Positions 56,721 through 61,388 of a stretch of 61,388 nucleotides of DNA are shown piece after piece. The translations under genes were made by a program, and so were the position numbers. Position 1 is the stretch's first letter. Every line of letters starts with the position of its first letter. The notes beneath the pieces were generated by a model. The model was given only the letters and a program-made list of their open reading frames with translations, was not told the DNA's origin and made no database searches. The stretch lies in the IMG/VR virus record IMGVR_UViG_3300020042_009157, positions 1 to 61,388 of that record. One strand, given 5' to 3'. This DNA comes from a virus. Taxonomy: Duplodnaviria; Caudoviricetes.

Positions 56721-56935
56721 AGAGGGATGGATGTTCTCTCGACCGGGTAGACTTGCTAGCCCCGGATCCTTCCGGATGGGACCCAGACCATGCAACTGTT
56801 CGGACAGAACCCCCCGGCCCCCCGAGCATCCTTTCCACCGCCCCCGGTGTCAACCGAAATCTTCTACTGGCCCAATCTTAATAATTGAAATTAGTTTGTT
56901 AAGATCAGATTAATAAAAAATCTGCATCTACCCTG

Positions 56936-56964
56936 TTGACACCGCACGTCCGACTGGTTAGAAT
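56936..56964 (+). promoter_or_regulatory. Early sigma70-type promoter
   Basis: TTGACA-N17-TAGAAT with AT-rich upstream element. Confidence 0.85.
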
Positions 56965-57009
56965 GCCTGCATACCCAACCGCCCCAGTAGGGGCAGAAAG
57001 ACACTCACC

Positions 57010-57498
57010 ATGTTCAGCCGAATCATCAAGACCGTCCGCAACCTGGCAGCCCATCCCGCCTCGTTCACCTCGGTGCGTGGCCTCGCGGCTCGTGCAGGTC
57101 ACTTCCTGTGCCTCGACGCGAAGATCGTGGAGACCAGCCGCTACGCTCACTCCACCGATCCGGTCTCGGGCGCACGCTGCTACTTCAGCAAGCCGCAGCA
57201 GACCACCGTGGCCGACCTGATCAAGACGGGCCACACGCTCAATGTGCTCAATGTGCGTCGCGGTTCCATGCACCTTGACGTGCAGGTGGTGGACAGCCGT
57301 GGCCGTGAGGTGTTCCGGTTCTTCGTGGACCCGATCAACGGCAAGGCAATGGCTGATACGCTCGGCTCGGCCTGCATGGTGGCCAAGCCTCGCACCGGGC
57401 AGCGCATGGACTCGGATAACTGGGCCTCGGTGGAGTCCACGGGCAAGGCGATCCGGACCTCGGCCCGCGAGGAGGCTGACCTGTTCAGCCACATCTGA
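57010..57498 (+). CDS. Early hypothetical protein
   Basis: Behind a promoter; GC3-rich codons; AGAAAG RBS. Confidence 0.75.
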   Translation: MFSRIIKTVRNLAAHPASFTSVRGLAARAGHFLCLDAKIVETSRYAHSTDPVSGARCYFSKPQQTTVADLIKTGHTLNVLNVRRGSMHLDVQVVDSRGREVFRFFVDPINGKAMADTLGSACMVAKPRTGQRMDSDNWASVESTGKAIRTSAREEADLFSHI

Positions 57499-57568
57499 AA
57501 CACGTGGTGGTGTCCGGGAGGGGGGGTGTTTCCCCCCTCCCTCTTTCCCCTCAATCGAAAGGCATCAA

Positions 57569-57700
57569 ATGGAAACTCTCGCTCTGATCGCTACTGCCAC
57601 TCTCGCTTGCATCGGTTGCTCGTTCGGAGGCTACGGCCTCGGCATCCTGAAGGGCTTCAAGGCTGCGGCATCCAAGGCCAAGCCGACCAAGGCCGAGTAA
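57569..57700 (+). CDS. 43-aa early membrane protein
   Basis: GAAAGG RBS; METLALIATATLACIGCSFGGYGLGILKGF.. Confidence 0.7.
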   Translation: METLALIATATLACIGCSFGGYGLGILKGFKAAASKAKPTKAE

Positions 57701-57722
57701 GGCAGACAACCTGACCAACGCA

Positions 57723-57762
57723 GGCCCAGCCCCCCGAGAAGTTTCGGGGGTTCGGCCTTGTT
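57723..57762 (+). terminator. Intrinsic terminator
   Basis: GCCCCCCGAG-AAG-TTTCGGGGGT GC-rich stem, then TTGTT. Confidence 0.6.
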
Positions 57763-57837
57763 GATAGTATCCGGTTATCGGTCTCGCAAATAAATTTGGA
57801 AATAGGGGTTGACAGGGCACGCCCCATCGGTTAGAAT
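57758..57837 (+). promoter_or_regulatory. Early promoter cassette, copy 1
   Basis: 57-nt block nearly identical to 58300-58356, ending TTGACA-N17-TAGAAT. Confidence 0.85.
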
Positions 57838-57919
57838 CCACTTTCCGCAGCAGGGTGACTAACGAGGCCGTTATCGTCTCACACCCTGCTGCGGCATCCT
57901 CTAACAGAAAGCCACCACC

Positions 57920-58243
57920 ATGAGCAACTTCACCAACCCGTTCAACCTGCCGCCCGTCGTTCAGATCGTGCTGCCCCTCTCGGTGGCTCGCAACCTGCTG
58001 ACCCTGCTGGAAGACAACAGCAACCGCGAGACCCGCCCCCCGCAGTTTCAGACGCTCTACATTGAGGATGTGCAGGCGATCCTCCACGAGTACAAGAACG
58101 AGATGATCCGCCACGGCATCATCCGCCCGAGCGAATTGAGCGTGATGACCCCGGACGAGGATCACTCCCACGAGGACGCCACGCAGGGCGAGTACGACGC
58201 GGACAACGCGTGGCTGCGCTCGGCAGGCTGGGGGGAAATGTGA
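57920..58243 (+). CDS. Early hypothetical protein, acidic C-terminus
   Basis: AGAAAG RBS; ends WLRSAGWGEM. Confidence 0.75.
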   Translation: MSNFTNPFNLPPVVQIVLPLSVARNLLTLLEDNSNRETRPPQFQTLYIEDVQAILHEYKNEMIRHGIIRPSELSVMTPDEDHSHEDATQGEYDADNAWLRSAGWGEM

Positions 58244-58299
58244 ACTAATTCAAAGCCGAACCGGGATTCGTCCCCTGCCACCCTTCGGGGTGGCTAGGC

Positions 58300-58379
58300 T
58301 TGTTGATAGTTGCTGGTTATCGGTCTCGCAAATAAACTTGGAAATAGGGATTGACAGATCACCCAACATCGGGTAAGAT
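58300..58379 (+). promoter_or_regulatory. Early promoter cassette, copy 2
   Basis: Follows the hairpin GCCACCC-TTCG-GGGTGGC; TTGACA-N17-TAAGAT. Confidence 0.85.
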
Positions 58380-58421
58380 ACCTGAAACCCCAACCGGGCC
58401 AACGGCCCAAAGGAAACCACC

Positions 58422-58730
58422 ATGTTTGACGCTGCCACCATCGACCTGCACAACCTGCCCCCGGAACTGGATCGCATGGTTCAGACCCTGCTGATCGTGT
58501 CCTACGAGGGCTGCACCGATGTCGGAGAACTGATGCGACGCCTGTACGGGAATGTGACCGACTACACCCCGAAGCAGCAGGACGAGTGCTGCACCCAGTA
58601 CGCTCACATCCTGATGAAGATGTACGCGTGCAAGTGGATCACGGCTGCAGATGCCGAGTTCGTGGCCTTGACCGCCGCAGGCGTTGAGGCTGCCGACACC
58701 ATGCGGGAGTTCTACCGGAACAACCCGTAA
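58422..58730 (+). CDS. Early hypothetical protein, possibly winged helix
   Basis: AAAGGA RBS; ..ALTAAG wing-like motif. Confidence 0.72.
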   Translation: MFDAATIDLHNLPPELDRMVQTLLIVSYEGCTDVGELMRRLYGNVTDYTPKQQDECCTQYAHILMKMYACKWITAADAEFVALTAAGVEAADTMREFYRNNP

Positions 58731-58980
58731 CCGAAACACTGTGGTGGTGTCCAAGTCCCCTGATCAGAGGAGGGTCTGGTCAGGGGCAACCACCCCCAAA
58801 CATCCCAGTCAAACGAACCCAGGCTTCGCAGGAGCCACCCCGGCCTAAACCACCGGGGCGGGTTTGTTGATAGTATTGTTAAGATTGCGTTAATTTAATT
58901 TTGTGTTAAGATTTGGTTAAACCAGAACCCCCTCCACCGGGACTGGTTCCCAATGGAGGGGGCTGCGTTTGTTACCGGAC

Positions 58981-59133
58981 TTACCACTCGGTGTGGTCGA
59001 TCCACGGTTCCCAGTCATCGTGACCGGGGTCGGTTGGCTCCTCGTTGTATTCCGGCCAGTTCTCTTGGAGGAACAGATCCTCGTTGTAGTCCGGGTGCTC
59101 CATGTCGTCGTCGGGGGTGGTGGGGTTCATCAT
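58981..59133 (-). CDS. 50-aa very acidic leaderless early protein (not in ORF track)
   Basis: MMNPTTPDDDMEHPDYNEDLFLQENWPEYNEEPTDPGHDDWEPWIDHTEW; promoter at 59140-59168; hairpin at 58927-58963. Confidence 0.75.
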   Translation of the reverse strand: MMNPTTPDDDMEHPDYNEDLFLQENWPEYNEEPTDPGHDDWEPWIDHTEW

Positions 59134-59139
59134 GCCCGG

Positions 59140-59235
59140 ATTGTAACCGAAACTCCCGGCCCTGTCAACAGGGAAACCAAATAAATTTATTTCTGCTGCT
59201 ACCCTATTGACACGAGCCGGTCAGGTTGATATACT
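59140..59235. promoter_or_regulatory. Divergent early promoter pair
   Basis: Minus TTGACA-N17-TACAAT (59168-59140); plus TTGACA-N17-TATACT (59207-59235); shared AT-rich spacer. Confidence 0.85.
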
Positions 59236-59241
59236 GCCTGC

Positions 59242-59406
59242 ATGAACCTCACCACCCAACTGATCAAGTATGAAGACGGCGAACTCACGCACGAAGAAAC
59301 CGTGTGCCTGTTTCAGGAACTGCTCGACACAGGCATGATCGACCACCTGCAAGGCTCGTACGCTCGCGTGGCTCTGCACCTGTACAACAACGGCGAAATC
59401 GCCTGA
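59242..59406 (+). CDS. 54-aa leaderless early protein (not in ORF track)
   Basis: MNLTTQLIKYEDGELTHEETVCLFQELLDTGMIDHLQGSYARVA..; YE.GEL..LFQ.L.D.G..LQG.Y pattern familiar from phage early genes. Confidence 0.8.
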   Translation: MNLTTQLIKYEDGELTHEETVCLFQELLDTGMIDHLQGSYARVALHLYNNGEIA

Positions 59407-59417
59407 AAGGAACCCGC

Positions 59418-59624
59418 ATGATCGTGAACATCTGCATCCATGTGCCTGACCTCGACCCCAACACCCCGTTGGCGTGGAACACCACCGACCGGATCGAACA
59501 GGAACTGACCCCCGCCCTCCAACGGCTGACCGGATTCGGTCGGTACGGCAATTGGAATTGGTGGATCAATGTGGAGAACGGCGAAACCCGCTACATGCCG
59601 GAAAATGTTTCAGAATTGTCTTGA
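59418..59624 (+). CDS. Early hypothetical protein
   Basis: AAAGGA RBS before MIVNIC. Confidence 0.65.
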   Translation: MIVNICIHVPDLDPNTPLAWNTTDRIEQELTPALQRLTGFGRYGNWNWWINVENGETRYMPENVSELS

Positions 59625-59649
59625 CACCGCACCCCAAACCCGATAGAAT
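59621..59649 (+). promoter_or_regulatory. Early promoter (leaderless transcript)
   Basis: TTGACA-N17-TAGAAT-N6-ATG. Confidence 0.85.
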
Positions 59650-59655
59650 CAAACC

Positions 59656-59904
59656 ATGACCACCAAGACCTACAACGGATGGACCAACCGAGCCACTTGG
59701 AACGCAGCCCTGTGGCTGACCAACAGCGAATCGTTCTACCACATGATGCTTGACCACTTTCAGGGCGACGAAGTGAACGCAAACTCGGCCCGTGAGTTCT
59801 GCCACCTGGTGTGGCCGTGCGGGGAAACCCCGGACGGTGACGAACTCTCGGATGTGAACTGGGCCGAGATCGCGGATATGATCACAGAATCTCTGGAAGG
59901 CTGA
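59656..59904 (+). CDS. Early protein of the YNGWxN-TW type
   Basis: YNGWTNRATWNAALW..VNWAEIA pattern familiar from phage early regions. Confidence 0.8.
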   Translation: MTTKTYNGWTNRATWNAALWLTNSESFYHMMLDHFQGDEVNANSAREFCHLVWPCGETPDGDELSDVNWAEIADMITESLEG

Positions 59905-59945
59905 ACCTCACTACACCCCAAAACCCCAAGAAAGGGAACGCCACT

Positions 59946-60188
59946 ATGCCACGAGTCACAGCCAATCTGAAGTCTTTCACTCCCCGTCACGGCAAGATCA
60001 AGATCACTTTCGCCCTGATGTTCATGAAGGGCAAGGGCTACGAGTACTCGGGTCGAGGCAAGATTGCTTCCTCCCGTAACAAGTGGAAGCCGGAGCGTGC
60101 TTACTTCTTCACGAACCGTGCCACCGGACAGCGGCTGACCCTGACCACCTCTGATCTGCGTCAGGCGTTTGCCACCGGAACCGTCTAA
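59946..60188 (+). CDS. Early basic hypothetical protein
   Basis: AAAGGGA RBS. Confidence 0.7.
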   Translation: MPRVTANLKSFTPRHGKIKITFALMFMKGKGYEYSGRGKIASSRNKWKPERAYFFTNRATGQRLTLTTSDLRQAFATGTV

Positions 60189-60312
60189 CAAAGCCTGTGC
60201 CACGGGCTAAAGTGGCCGGGTTGGCCGTTTGCCTGCACCAAAAACGGCCCAGTTTGCCCGTCTCGAATACTGGCAAAGGTTTGGAATCACCTACTTGAGG
60301 ACTTCCCGCTTT

Positions 60313-60345
60313 CCTGCTTGAGTGTTATCAAGCAGGTTTTTTATT
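60313..60345 (+). terminator. Intrinsic terminator
   Basis: CCTGCTTGA-GTGTTA-TCAAGCAGG plus T-tract. Confidence 0.85.
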
Positions 60346-60385
60346 TGCTCCAAGTTGATAGTATTTAATTTAACCCAGACACTTT

Positions 60386-60490
60386 ATTATATCATGAAAT
60401 TCGGAACCTGTCAAGTGGAAAACCGCCCGGAATAAAAAGATTTATTTCTGCGGTATCAGGGTTGACAACCCAACCCGGATGGTGTAGAAT
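60386..60490. promoter_or_regulatory. Divergent early promoter pair
   Basis: Minus perfect TTGACA-N17-TATAAT (60414-60386); plus TTGACA-N17-TAGAAT-N6-ATG (60462-60490). Confidence 0.85.
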
Positions 60491-60496
60491 GACCAC

Positions 60497-60817
60497 ATGG
60501 AAACCACCAACACCATCCCGGCCTGTCCGAACCCCAACCTGTACGAGTTCATCTTCCGCGTGCGTGACCGTCGCCGCAAGACGGGCTACCGGGTTGTGCT
60601 GACCGAACAGCGAGAGTTCCCGGATGCGGACACCGCCCGGATTTACGCAGAGAAGATGGAAGGCACAGACGGTCGCCACATTGTGGAGTTCCATCAGTTT
60701 TGGGTGCTGAAGCGAAACTTCATGGCAGGCCAGCCCGGATTCCCTGAATACTTCTGGGAAGCGTACAACACGCCGTACTGCTGCTCTGCCGCGTCTGAAC
60801 TGTACTGGACCATGTGA
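60497..60817 (+). CDS. Leaderless early protein, TP..CS..SE.YW.M type
   Basis: Ends NTPYCCSAASELYWTM. Confidence 0.8.
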   Translation: METTNTIPACPNPNLYEFIFRVRDRRRKTGYRVVLTEQREFPDADTARIYAEKMEGTDGRHIVEFHQFWVLKRNFMAGQPGFPEYFWEAYNTPYCCSAASELYWTM

Positions 60818-60972
60818 ACCAAGGGGTGGCCGTTCCCCGGAGTGCTAGCCTCCAAACGGTCTGCGTTGTCACCGTGTAAGAGTCAACGGGTCTGGGTCGG
60901 AACCACCTATCCCGAAGGTTCTAGGAAGGGAATGCCTGTCGTAACCCGACTCCCAAATATCCCCGCCTTCTT

Positions 60973-61006
60973 GGGTTCTTGAGCGTATCAAGAACCCTTT
61001 TTTATT
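60973..61006 (+). terminator. Intrinsic terminator
   Basis: GGGTTCTTGA-GCGTA-TCAAGAACCC plus T-tract. Confidence 0.85.
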
Positions 61007-61018
61007 ATCGGACCAGGC

Positions 61019-61100
61019 GTTGATAGTATTGTTAATATTGGATTAAATTAAGTTTCGGTTAATATTGGATTAATTTAAGTTTCGGTTAAGATTTGGTTAA
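61019..61100 (+). repeat. AT-rich TTAA tandem array, related to 58866-58920
   Basis: GTTAATATTGGATTAA(A/T)TTAAGTTTCG x2, then GTTAAGATTTGGTTAA. Confidence 0.8.
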
Positions 61101-61136
61101 CCGGAAAGTGGTTAGCCCGCCCTCCCAGCCCGATCT

Positions 61137-61277
61137 AGGGTAACACATCGGGCGGAACCTGTCAACCCTGAAACCTCCCAGATTATCAAAATTAATTTAT
61201 TGGGATTGGAGGATACTATCAACCCGCACAGACCCCCCGGATACCTGTAGTGTACCATGCCCGACCTCCCCTGTCAA
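61137..61277 (-). promoter_or_regulatory. Two leftward early-type promoters without ORFs
   Basis: TTGACA-N17-TACCCT (61165-61137) and TTGACA-N17-TACACT (61277-61249). Confidence 0.65.
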
Positions 61278-61388
61278 TACCCAAAATACCCGGAATGTAA
61301 AAAATAATTCTCGAGAATATTTCAGATATTGGAGGATTCTGCTTGACTGGAAGAATCCGGGGTATGGGATGGCTGGGATGTGTGTGTT

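Noticed and set aside
56825-56853. Additional leftward early promoter
   Set aside because: TTGACA-N17 is followed by GATGCT, a poor -10.
784-60694. Numerous antisense or nested ORFs in the track
   Set aside because: They are shadows of well-supported genes, without RBS/promoter support or recognisable motifs.
60893-60955. tRNA-like element (GGGTCGG..CCGACTC-CCA)
   Set aside because: Too short and has no TTC T-loop; kept only as part of the ncRNA candidate.
56586-61388. CRISPR array or host chromosomal DNA
   Set aside because: The repeats are irregularly spaced promoter/terminator cassettes and the genes are of phage-early type; no cas genes or integrase.

Overview
About 61 kb of a large T4-like (myovirus) phage genome in four zones. 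(1) 1-35.2 kb is an AT-rich late/structural block: gp13, Cys-rich tail-fibre-like genes, baseplate gp8/7/6/25/hub/53/48, gp4, gp54, a gp26-gp51 in-frame fusion, gp32 and gp33. (2) 35.4-48 kb is a minus-strand metabolic/tRNA block: SpoU-type methyltransferase, UvsE, LpxH-like phosphoesterase, Zn deaminase, DUF6065, glycosyltransferase, PurA, GuaC, a PEP-CTERM-like protein and 7 tRNAs, served by TTGAC(A/T)-N16 promoters. (3) 48-56.5 kb is a late-promoter cassette of 11 unrelated proteins that almost all begin with a T4-type 10-residue capsid-targeting sequence, i.e. a probable head-packaged, co-injected cargo set. (4) 56.6-61.4 kb is a sharply GC-rich early region of small, often leaderless genes, with ten TTGACA-N17 promoters, repeated terminator/GTTGATAGTAT cassettes and two related structured intergenic elements. 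The system-level highlights are the capsid-targeted enzyme cassette and an apparent GC-to-AT host-adaptation kit (GuaC+PurA, deaminase, tRNAs for A/U-rich codons). A GC-rich Phycisphaerae-like host is an inference. All calls come from motif recognition by eye; no searches were run.
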